Positions 9,874 to 17,336 of a DNA stretch of 64,000 nt are shown here, in pieces (the first letter of the stretch is position 1; every line of letters starts with the position of its first letter). A program made the translations under genes and the position numbers. Source of the DNA: an uncultured Acidobacteriota bacterium (GTDB taxonomy: Bacteria; Acidobacteriota; JAQAZP01). The notes below the pieces were generated by a model. That model saw only the letters and a list, made by a program, of their open reading frames with translations. It was not told the DNA's origin and searched no databases. The stretch lies in contig CAWIIB010000009.1 in NCBI GenBank assembly GCA_963836075.1, positions 3,264,001 through 3,328,000 on the forward strand, read 5' to 3'.

Positions 9874-10692
9874 CTATTTCCCCTCGATCTCGCCGGTCAG
9901 CGGCACGAACCTTACGGCGCAGATGTTCTGCCTGGTCAGCCCCGATGCGGTTTTGGTCACCAGGGTCAGTTCCTGCACCGTGCCCGTGGGGCCAAGGGGC
10001 ATGATCAGCCGGCCGCCGGTCTTCAGCTGTTCCAGCAGCGGCGGCGGGATGCGGCCTGCCCGGGCAGTGACCATCACCGCGTCAAAAGGCGCCGCCTCAG
10101 GCCACCCCTGGTAGCCGTCTCCACAGCGGGTGTGAATGTTGCGGTAGCCCAGGGCTTCCAATGTGCTCTTCGCCCGCTGGGCCAGTTCGGGGATAATCTC
10201 CACGGTGTGGACGCTTTTGGCCAGGCCGGCCAGTACGGCGGCCTGGTAGCCCGAACCGGTACCGATCTCCAATACCCGGTGGTCGGGCGATATCCCCAGG
10301 CTCTGGGTCATCAACGCCACGATATAGGGCTGGGAGATGGTCTGGCCGCAGCCGATGGGCAGCGGTGTGTCATCGTAGGCCTGGGGGCTGTGCCGGGGCA
10401 GGAAGAGGTGCCGCGGTACGCGGCCCATGACGTCCAGCACCCTGGCGTCGGTGATGTCCCGGGCGCGGAGTTGCCGCCCCACCAGGGTTCGGCGAGCCGC
10501 GGCGGCTTGAGCCTTGGTCCAGCCCTCCTCCTGCTGCGGCTGGTGCATCCGTCCCGCAGGGTCGTCGGCGGAGGGCGGTTCGGGGCAGGCGGGCAGCATC
10601 AGTGACGCGGCCAGGGCCAGGGTTGCCGGCAGGGCGAGACGGAGGAAAAGGTTCCGCGGGTTGTGATGCCGGCGGTGGGTGATCCGTTCCAT
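9874..10692 (-). CDS. pcm: Protein-L-isoaspartate O-methyltransferase with N-terminal lipoprotein-like leader
   Basis: VPRHLF, GQTISQPYIVA, VLEIGTGSGYQAA, GDGYQGWPEAAPFD, VRFVPL. Confidence 0.92.
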   Translation of the reverse strand: MERITHRRHHNPRNLFLRLALPATLALAASLMLPACPEPPSADDPAGRMHQPQQEEGWTKAQAAAARRTLVGRQLRARDITDARVLDVMGRVPRHLFLPRHSPQAYDDTPLPIGCGQTISQPYIVALMTQSLGISPDHRVLEIGTGSGYQAAVLAGLAKSVHTVEIIPELAQRAKSTLEALGYRNIHTRCGDGYQGWPEAAPFDAVMVTARAGRIPPPLLEQLKTGGRLIMPLGPTGTVQELTLVTKTASGLTRQNICAVRFVPLTGEIEGK

Positions 10693-10812
10693 GGGCCGTC
10701 CTCTCCGCGATCTGAAAACGATTCCTGCCGGATTGCCCGGGGCGATCCTTCGGTTACAATATATGAATTGAATTCAACCGCTGTCAACGAGCTGTTGCTG
10801 CAAGGAGTGAAC

Positions 10813-11358
10813 ATGGAACAGAACAACCAGCAGAAGCGCCAAGAGGTAGTCGCCATGGCGGCCGCGGGCCGGAGCCTGGCCGGCGCCGACCTCAGGGGAA
10901 TCGACCTCTCCGGCGCCGACCTCTCCGGGTGTGATTTTCGCGGCGCCGATCTCACCGGAGCCAACCTCTGCGGCGCGAACCTCGCCGGAGCCGACTTCAG
11001 TGAAGCATGTCTGGAGAGGGCTGACCTTACGTCGGCCAGCTGCCGCGGGGTGATGATGCTGTTGGCCGTGCTGGGTCTGGCCGACCTCTCCGGCGCCGAT
11101 TTCTCAGAGGCCGACCTGCGCCGGGCCAACCTGGTGGGTGCCCTGGGTCGGGAAACCGACTTCACCGGCGCCAGGTTTTACTATTCGAGGCCCGGTAATG
11201 CCGATTTCGGCGGAGCCAACTTCGGCGGCGCCGACCTGACCCGGGCCGTGCTGCGGCGCGCCGTGCTGCGGGGGGCCAGGCTCGAGGGCGCCAACCTCGC
11301 GTCAGCGGTGCTGGAACACGCCGACCTCCGGGAGACGGCTCTGGAAGGGAAGGTCTGA
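10813..11358 (+). CDS. Pentapeptide repeat protein
   Basis: Continuous A(D/N)LxG pentapeptides; AAGGAG RBS. Confidence 0.9.
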   Translation: MEQNNQQKRQEVVAMAAAGRSLAGADLRGIDLSGADLSGCDFRGADLTGANLCGANLAGADFSEACLERADLTSASCRGVMMLLAVLGLADLSGADFSEADLRRANLVGALGRETDFTGARFYYSRPGNADFGGANFGGADLTRAVLRRAVLRGARLEGANLASAVLEHADLRETALEGKV

Positions 11359-11360
11359 TC

Positions 11361-11942
11361 ATGAATGTCAAACAATTCGTCATCGATGAGTACGAATCGA
11401 ACTGCTTCGTGGTCAGTTGCCCGGAGACCGGAGAGGCTCTGGTGGTTGACCCGGGCAAGGACCAGGAAGATGTCCTGCAGTGCCTTGCTGAACAGGGGCT
11501 GACGGTTCGCTACATCTTCATCACCCACGCACACTACGACCACGTGGGCGGGGTGGAAACCATCCTTCAGCGGTTCGGCGGCGAGGTCCTGTCCGGCGAC
11601 GGGGAAACTGGTGGCGCACAAGGCCGGCGGGTTGCGGACGGGGAGGAAATCACCCTCGGAAATCTGAAGGGGACCTGTCTTCACGTCCCGGGCCACACCG
11701 CGGACTCCTTTTGCCTGCAGCTGGGTCCGGCGGTGTTCACCGGGGACGCGCTTTTTGCCGGCTCCATCGGCGGCACGCCGTCGGTGGAAGAGAAAGAGCG
11801 CCTGATGCAGGGGCTCCGGGAGAAGGTCTTCTCGCTCGGCGGTGAGACGCTGCTCTACACGGGCCACGGGCCGCGGAGCAGCGTGCGGATCGAGTCCACG
11901 GCCAGTCCCTTTTTTGCCCCGGAGCTCCGGTCCGGCGTCTGA
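11361..11942 (+). CDS. MBL-fold metallo-hydrolase (glyoxalase II/YcbL-like)
   Basis: THAHYDHVGG, PGHT, FTGDALF, TGHG. Confidence 0.9.
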   Translation: MNVKQFVIDEYESNCFVVSCPETGEALVVDPGKDQEDVLQCLAEQGLTVRYIFITHAHYDHVGGVETILQRFGGEVLSGDGETGGAQGRRVADGEEITLGNLKGTCLHVPGHTADSFCLQLGPAVFTGDALFAGSIGGTPSVEEKERLMQGLREKVFSLGGETLLYTGHGPRSSVRIESTASPFFAPELRSGV

Positions 11943-11987
11943 TGCGGCGAGAGGGATGTTCGGCCAGCCGGGCGGTTCCAGGGAAGA

Positions 11988-12144
11988 GTGCCGCACTCCG
12001 GCCCTTATGCTGGGTGATGAAATAAGGGGTAGCGATCGATCGTGTTGTGCATGATCAACTCCGATCGCCCCGGGGCCTGAGCCGCGGGGCTGGGGATCGT
12101 TGGAACCGAAGCACGGCACCTCATCCCTGGAACCAGTGGAACGA
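11988..12144 (-). ncRNA. Putative sigma54-dependent structured small RNA, copy 1 (no family recognised)
   Basis: Paralogous to 12486-12674; 14-bp closing stem GUGCCGUGCUUCGG/CCGGAGUGCGGCAC on the minus strand, inner GCCCCG/CGGGGC hairpin; ends estimated. Confidence 0.55.
12005..12052 (-). CDS. Putative micro-ORF MHNTIDRYPLFHHPA (15 aa)
   Basis: GGAG 6 nt upstream of ATG; first 9 residues identical in the paralogous copy, with one synonymous codon change. Confidence 0.35.
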   Translation of the reverse strand: MHNTIDRYPLFHHPA

Positions 12145-12155
12145 TGATATCCGGT

Positions 12156-12170
12156 GCAATCCGTGTTCCA
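12156..12170 (-). promoter_or_regulatory. sigma54 promoter of cassette 1
   Basis: Minus strand TGGAAC-ACGGA-TTGC (GG-N10-GC). Confidence 0.6.
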
Positions 12171-12289
12171 ACCGGCAGTCCCGCTGTGGGGAAACCCACA
12201 ACCGCTTTCCCGACAACTGTTTCACCTCTCTGCCAATCATACTCCAACAGGGGTGCGGGCCTACTCCCGGGATCATCTGCCCGGTTTCT

Positions 12290-12305
12290 GTTTCGTCTCC
12301 GTAAC
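12290..12305. promoter_or_regulatory. Putative enhancer (bEBP) site of cassette 1
   Basis: Imperfect palindrome GTTTCG-TCTC-CGTAAC, 120 bp from the promoter edge. Confidence 0.45.
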
Positions 12306-12454
12306 CGGGAGGGGATTCGTTGACGGGAATGTGGCCGATCCAGGCGGAGAAGGAAGGGGTTGTTGTGCAGCCGCCGAGAGCAGCTTCAGGCGTACAAAAG
12401 AAAAGGCCGGGAACGTGTCCAGACCTTTAAGGCAGAGAGAAAAGGGATTTAAAC

Positions 12455-12550
12455 TTATAAGCGGCCCTCATGATGCTGAAATAACTGCCGCGCTCCGATC
12501 ACCGTGAGTTGGGTGATGAAAAAGGGGTAGCGATCGATTGTGTTGTGCAT
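12455..12550 (-). CDS. Putative micro-ORF MHNTIDRYPFF... (31 aa as assembled; 27 aa if one A is missing from the A5 run)
   Basis: GAGG 7 nt upstream of ATG; paralog of 12005-12052. Confidence 0.35.
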   Translation of the reverse strand: MHNTIDRYPFFITQLTVIGARQLFQHHEGRL

Positions 12551-12674
12551 GTCCAACCCTCGAACTTTCCCCATGGCCGCATTTATGGGGATTCGGGATC
12601 GTTGGCAACCGAAGCGCGGCTGACCTATTCAGTTCATGATCGGGATGAGGATGATTTCCGCCACCCCGATCGAC
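12486..12674 (-). ncRNA. Putative sigma54-dependent structured small RNA, copy 2
   Basis: Closing stem GCCGCGCUUCG/CGGAGCGCGGC, inner UCCCCAU/AUGGGGA hairpin, 5' hairpin GAUCGGGGUG/CAUCCCGAUC; ends estimated. Confidence 0.55.
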
Positions 12675-12685
12675 TCTTCACTAGA

Positions 12686-12700
12686 GCAATCGATGTGCCA
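12686..12700 (-). promoter_or_regulatory. sigma54 promoter of cassette 2
   Basis: Minus strand TGGCAC-ATCGA-TTGC, near-perfect consensus. Confidence 0.7.
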
Positions 12701-12819
12701 AGTATCGGCCTTCATCAGAGGCAATCGATAAATCCAATGGAATCAAATTTTAGATAAGGCATGATCACGACTGATGCTGCTCATCAGCCATGAACTGGCC
12801 TGGTTGGCTTTCTGAAAAT

Positions 12820-12835
12820 GTTGCACTATTGTAAC
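12820..12835. promoter_or_regulatory. Putative enhancer (bEBP) site of cassette 2
   Basis: Imperfect palindrome GTTGCA-CTAT-TGTAAC, 120 bp from the promoter edge. Confidence 0.45.
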
Positions 12836-12922
12836 TCTCCGGTTCAGAGCGCCGAATGGTTGACAGCAGTGAACCGTCACCGGTGATCGCCGGCCTTTTC
12901 CTCCCCGGGTCGGAGGTCCGAT

Positions 12923-12954
12923 AAAAAAGGCGCACCCCTTCCAGGACGCCCCTT
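12923..12954 (-). terminator. Rho-independent terminator-like hairpin
   Basis: Minus strand GGCGTCCT-GGAA-GGGGTGCGCC-TTTTTT. Confidence 0.45.
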
Positions 12955-13054
12955 CTCAATACTTCAAGAATTCATCAATATGGATTGCTTAATATATTGA
13001 ATTGATTATATATATAATATAATTAATAAAATATCATATAAAATATAATTGGTA

Positions 13055-13083
13055 TTGACATTTGATATTAGATGTAATATAAA
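13055..13083 (+). promoter_or_regulatory. sigma70-type promoter in AT-rich tract
   Basis: TTGACA-17 nt-TATAAA, upstream of the 13136 ATG. Confidence 0.5.
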
Positions 13084-13135
13084 ATGTGTCATCTTAGTAA
13101 TTAGCAGTCCAACTCTTCCATTCTTTACAGAGAAC

Positions 13136-13651
13136 ATGAAATTACGTTTTGCCGCATTGGCGCAGGGTCAACTTCGCAGGGAACCCCTTTCGGAGAGTCT
13201 TCGGGCCCAGGGCAGCAGGCTTGTTTCCAGGCTCTGGGAACTGGCCCACCGGGACCCGTCGATCAATGTCGAACGGTGGGACCGCCGTGAGAAACGTCTT
13301 TTCGACAGGTGTTTCAAACGGTTTGGCAAAAACTTTACCCTCGACCTGGTACATCAGGCACGGCTTGAGGGGATCAGCAGTTCTGAGAGCGCAGAGAGTA
13401 TCGCCAGCCAGTTCAAGGTCTTTTTCGAAGAACTGGGAGAGAGCGTCTGGGTTCAGATTACCTTGGGTGACGACCGGCGGGGCACCGGGTTCCTCCACGC
13501 CACGCCGAAAAACCTGGCCACCGGCCTCCGGTGGGGTGACGAGATCGAATTCGCCGGCGGTACGGAAACCCGCCGGCCGCGGTTCACGCGCAGCACAGGC
13601 CAGCGGGTGAAAGACTGCGATTGTCCATTCTGCCAGCCCTCATGGCACTGA
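13136..13651 (+). CDS. Hypothetical protein; C-terminal half loosely DUF2314/YegJ-like, ends in CxCxxC
   Basis: ESVWVQI...GTGFLHATP...GLRWGDEIEF; terminal CDCPFC; next gene starts after a 1-nt gap. Confidence 0.6.
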   Translation: MKLRFAALAQGQLRREPLSESLRAQGSRLVSRLWELAHRDPSINVERWDRREKRLFDRCFKRFGKNFTLDLVHQARLEGISSSESAESIASQFKVFFEELGESVWVQITLGDDRRGTGFLHATPKNLATGLRWGDEIEFAGGTETRRPRFTRSTGQRVKDCDCPFCQPSWH

Positions 13652-13652
13652 G

Positions 13653-13925
13653 ATGACACTGAACCGGAAAGCAGGCCGCCCCGGCAGGCCGGCAACCCCG
13701 GACGAGTTCCGGGTGCGGGTCACTTCCGTGTCCCTCTACGGGCCCGATTCCCGGCGCCTGGAAGATTTCCTCCGCATGGTCAACCTGATCAACAGCAAAC
13801 GCGGCCTGCCCAAGGCTTCGAGGAGCGACGTGATCCGCCGGGCCATCCGTCTGCTCAAGGACGAGGAGGCCGAACTCTACGCCTTGCAAATTGCCGGCTA
13901 TTTCGACAGCGACACCGGTAAATAG
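13653..13925 (+). CDS. Ribbon-helix-helix (CopG/Arc-like) DNA-binding protein
   Basis: GRPGRP leader, VTSVSL strand, helix A, SRSDVIRRAIRLL helix B. Confidence 0.7.
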   Translation: MTLNRKAGRPGRPATPDEFRVRVTSVSLYGPDSRRLEDFLRMVNLINSKRGLPKASRSDVIRRAIRLLKDEEAELYALQIAGYFDSDTGK

Positions 13926-13945
13926 GGGATGACTGCCCCCTTTTT
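13925..13945 (+). terminator. Weak Rho-independent terminator
   Basis: GGGG...CCCC stem then TTTTT immediately after the stop codon. Confidence 0.4.
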
Positions 13946-14381
13946 CGCACTTTTGTCTTCTAATCGTGACGCTTGATCACCGCGTGGCGTTACGGTTATC
14001 GGCCTTCCCGTCACTGCTGAATCCGGTCACCACATCCTCTGGAACTGGCTGCCACCACTCGTTTTTTCTTGTAAAAACAATAGAATCAATTCAATAAGTG
14101 ATGATTTGCGGAGGGCTGCCGCTGGGCGCGGTCCAGAATTTTCGATGATCGACTCCCTGGGGCGACGGTTGGCACGTGAATTGAAGTCTATATGGGTGTT
14201 TTGAGGCCGGCATATTGAGAAAGGCGCTGTAAGTAATTGAAAAAAAAGACAAAGAGAAACCAACCCGGATTTGCTGCCTGCCTGGTCGTGTCCACGGCCG
14301 AGGACAGGAGTTCGCTGGTGGGTACACCGCTCGGGCAGGTATCTCCGCGCCGGATCGGGCCGGTACACTGTAAGAGGATAG

Positions 14382-14457
14382 TGGTGGACGGTAAGGGGAT
14401 CGAACCCTCGACCTCAGCGTTGCGAACGCTGCGCTCTCCCAACTGAGCTAACCGCCC
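14382..14457 (-). tRNA. tRNA-Ala (CGC)
   Basis: Cloverleaf GGGCGGT...ACCGTCC-A-CCA; anticodon arm CAGCG-TTCGCAA-CGCTG; G3:U70 pair. Confidence 0.96.
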
Positions 14458-14690
14458 ACATGTTTGGAAAGGATCGCTGGCGGAACGAAAGCATCGCCCG
14501 TCCGGGCGGCCTGATGTAAAGGCTGCCGGGAGTTCAGCGGGGACGGATGATATCCGATCTCCCTGACACTGTCAACGGGCGGATATGGCCGGGACCCGGA
14601 AGGGCGAGAGGGGGAACAGGACGCCCGGGGGAATGGCCGGATGAAACGCTGAGCGACGTGGGGCCGCATAAGAATAACGAGGTGAATGCC

Positions 14691-16229
14691 ATGGCCGCGA
14701 ACGGAAGAAAACAGCAAATGCGAAGCCGCAGTGTCGGTTCGTCCTGTTCCCCCTCCCGCCTCGCCATCACCGGAACCGACGGCGGCAGCATTGCCGACTC
14801 CGGTCCCGAACTCGAGGTGCTGGAGCTGCCGGACGTTCCCAAAGTTCCGGTGGTGTCGGGGAAGTCAAAACTGCGCAAGTCACGGACTGCCGGTTCCCGG
14901 CGGAAACGCCAGGGGGAGCTGCACAGTTCCTCGGCACTGGAGAGCTATCTCGCCGAGGTGAGCCGGGTGGACCTGCTCACCCGTGACGATGAGGTCTGTC
15001 TGGCCCGACGAATACTGGCCGGCCGTCTGGAGCCAGCCGTCCTGCTGTCGAAAATCCCCTACACGGTGTCCTCGTTCCTTGCCCGGCGGGACCGTCTGCT
15101 GGAAACCGGCAGCCAGAAGAAGGACTTCCATGCCCTGGTATCGCCCTCCGGTTTCCGTACCGGGCGCAACACATCGGCCAAACAGTCCTACGACCGGATG
15201 CTCAAGACATTCCTCGACCGTGCCGCCGATGTGGAGAAACTGCACCAGTCGGCGCAGCGTGCCCGCAATCGCAAGAACGCGGCGGGCCTGCGCCGGGCTG
15301 AAATTCTGCAGAAAAAGATCAGCCTCCTGTTCGAGAAACTGGAACTCGATTTACGATTCTATGAGCGGGTGCGGCAGGAACTGCAGAGCCTTGTGGACGA
15401 GGACGCCTCGGGCGACCGCCAGCTGGTGAAGAAAGCCGGGGTTTCGAGGCGCGAGTTGCAGAAGATTCTCCTCACTCTCAAGACACTGGACCTGGAAGCG
15501 GACGATGCGCGGCGGCGGATGATGGAGGCCAACCTCAGGCTGGTGATCAGCGTGGCGCGGAAAATTGCCGGAAACGGCCCCCACCTGATGGACCTGATTC
15601 AGGAGGGGAACATCGGTTTGATGCGGGCAGTGAACAAGTTCGACTACCGTCTCGGGTTCCGGTTCTCCACCTATGCCACCTGGTGGATCCGTCAGGCGGT
15701 GAACCGGTCGCTGGTGGACTGCCAGCGGACGATCAAACTGCCGATCCACCTGCACGAATCGATGAACAAGGTGATCAGGGCCATGCGGCAGTTCAAGCAG
15801 GATCAGGGACGTGAGCCGCAACCCGAGGAACTGGCCGAACTGGTGCAGCTGAACCCGGCAAAGGTCCGGCTGATCCTGGAGAACACCCGCTCCACCGTTT
15901 CCATGGACAGCACCATCGGGGAAGAGGAGAAGACGCTCAAGGAGTTCATCCAGGATGAGCGGGCGCACCAGGACCCCGAGGCGTCGGTTTTTGCATCACA
16001 GTTGAAGCGGGAGGCCGAGACCGTTCTGAACACCCTGAGCCTCGACGAGCAGACCATTCTCCGGATGCGTTTCGGGATGAACGGTGAAGGGATGGAACAC
16101 ACCCTGGACCAGGTGGGGCGGCAGTTCAAGATCACCCGCGAGCGCACGCGGCAGATCGAGGCCCGTGCCCTGCGCAAGTTGCGCCACCGCTCGCGAAGTT
16201 CGGAGTTCGCCAGGTTCCTGGCCGGCTGA
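14691..16229 (+). CDS. RpoD/SigA-family sigma70 factor (divergent paralog, no acidic region 1.1)
   Basis: Region 1.2 [13 protein letters not shown]; region 2 [49 protein letters not shown]; region 4 [16 protein letters not shown]. Confidence 0.9.
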   Translation: MAANGRKQQMRSRSVGSSCSPSRLAITGTDGGSIADSGPELEVLELPDVPKVPVVSGKSKLRKSRTAGSRRKRQGELHSSSALESYLAEVSRVDLLTRDDEVCLARRILAGRLEPAVLLSKIPYTVSSFLARRDRLLETGSQKKDFHALVSPSGFRTGRNTSAKQSYDRMLKTFLDRAADVEKLHQSAQRARNRKNAAGLRRAEILQKKISLLFEKLELDLRFYERVRQELQSLVDEDASGDRQLVKKAGVSRRELQKILLTLKTLDLEADDARRRMMEANLRLVISVARKIAGNGPHLMDLIQEGNIGLMRAVNKFDYRLGFRFSTYATWWIRQAVNRSLVDCQRTIKLPIHLHESMNKVIRAMRQFKQDQGREPQPEELAELVQLNPAKVRLILENTRSTVSMDSTIGEEEKTLKEFIQDERAHQDPEASVFASQLKREAETVLNTLSLDEQTILRMRFGMNGEGMEHTLDQVGRQFKITRERTRQIEARALRKLRHRSRSSEFARFLAG

Positions 16230-16240
16230 CCGGCCGGGGG

Positions 16241-17335
16241 TCAGGCCAGCGACAGCATCCGGTCCAGGGCCACCAGTGCATCCCGACTGATCTCTTCGGG
16301 AACGGTGACCGGGGTGAAGTCTTCCGGTCTCTCCAGTGCCCAGCACAGGTTCTGCGGGTTAATCCGGTACATGTTCGGACAGAGGGACCGGGCCAGCGGG
16401 ATCACCGTCTTCATTCCTTCGGCTTCCCGGGCCAGTCGCTCCACCAGGTTGAACTCGGTGCCCACGGCGATGGTGCTCCCCGGTTCTGCCTGCTCCACGA
16501 AATTGATGATGAAACTGGTGGAACCGTTGGCATCGGCAGCCGCCACCACTTCCCGGGGGCATTCGGGGTGGACCACCACCTGAATGCCGGGGTGCTCCGA
16601 CCGCAGTTTCGAGATCTGGTCAGTGGTAAACCAGGTGTGTACGTGGCAATACCCATCCCACAATATCACCCTGGCCTGCCGTACGGCCTGGGGAGTGTTG
16701 CCGCCCAGCGGCTGGCCCTTGCGCCAGAGAATGATCTGCTCCTCGGGTATCTGGCGGGTCACCGCTGTGTTCCGTCCCAGATGCTGGTCAGGGAAGAAGA
16801 AGACCCGCTTCGCCTGCTCCATGGCCCAGTCAAAGGCCCGCCCGGCGTTGGACGACGTGCAGATGGTGCCCTGGTTGCGGCCGCAGAACGCCTTCAGTTC
16901 GGCGCTGCTGTTGATGTAGGTCACCGGTGTGGCCTGGCCTGACATTTCTCCCAGAACCTGACCCAGTTCATCCCAGGCCTCCTGCACCTCAACGTGGTCG
17001 GCCATGTCGGCCAGCGGGCAGCCGGCGCGGGCGTCGGGGTGGATCACGCTCTGTCCCGGAGCGGCCAGAACGGCCGCGCTTTCCGCCATGAACCGGACCC
17101 CGCAGAAGACGACCCACCTGGCACTGGTCTCCTGCTGGGCGGACCGGGCCAGCTCGAAGGAATCCCCCTTGCGGTTGCTCAGTTCCACGATTTCCTGGCG
17201 CTGGTAGTGATGGGCCAGCAGGAGCAGGCTGGATCCGTGCCGGCCCACGGCCTGGCGGCACCGCTCCACGGCCTGCTCGTCGGACAACTCCGCATACGCA
17301 TCGGGCAGCAGGTTGCTGAAGACCGCTTCGTTCAA
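16241..17335 (-). CDS. nadA: Quinolinate synthase A
   Basis: LAHHYQ, FCGVRFMAE, AGCPLAD, YINSSA, CTSSNA, GYCHVH, HPEC, CPNM; TTG start right after the mtnA stop. Confidence 0.93.
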   Translation of the reverse strand: MNEAVFSNLLPDAYAELSDEQAVERCRQAVGRHGSSLLLLAHHYQRQEIVELSNRKGDSFELARSAQQETSARWVVFCGVRFMAESAAVLAAPGQSVIHPDARAGCPLADMADHVEVQEAWDELGQVLGEMSGQATPVTYINSSAELKAFCGRNQGTICTSSNAGRAFDWAMEQAKRVFFFPDQHLGRNTAVTRQIPEEQIILWRKGQPLGGNTPQAVRQARVILWDGYCHVHTWFTTDQISKLRSEHPGIQVVVHPECPREVVAAADANGSTSFIINFVEQAEPGSTIAVGTEFNLVERLAREAEGMKTVIPLARSLCPNMYRINPQNLCWALERPEDFTPVTVPEEISRDALVALDRMLSLA

Positions 17336-17336
17336 C

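Noticed and set aside
12025-12060. AAGGGGTAGCG as a yybP-ykoY (Mn) riboswitch, or GGTGATG as a fluoride riboswitch
   Set aside because: Other conserved elements are absent, no downstream gene, and G-U pairing favours the opposite strand
12053-12607. CAAC...GTTGG hairpins as integron attC sites
   Set aside because: Poor L boxes and core sites, no cassette ORFs or intI, and homology extends well beyond the hairpins
12700-12790. CTGATGA motifs on the minus strand as a hammerhead ribozyme
   Set aside because: No stem II-GAAA-stem III arrangement follows
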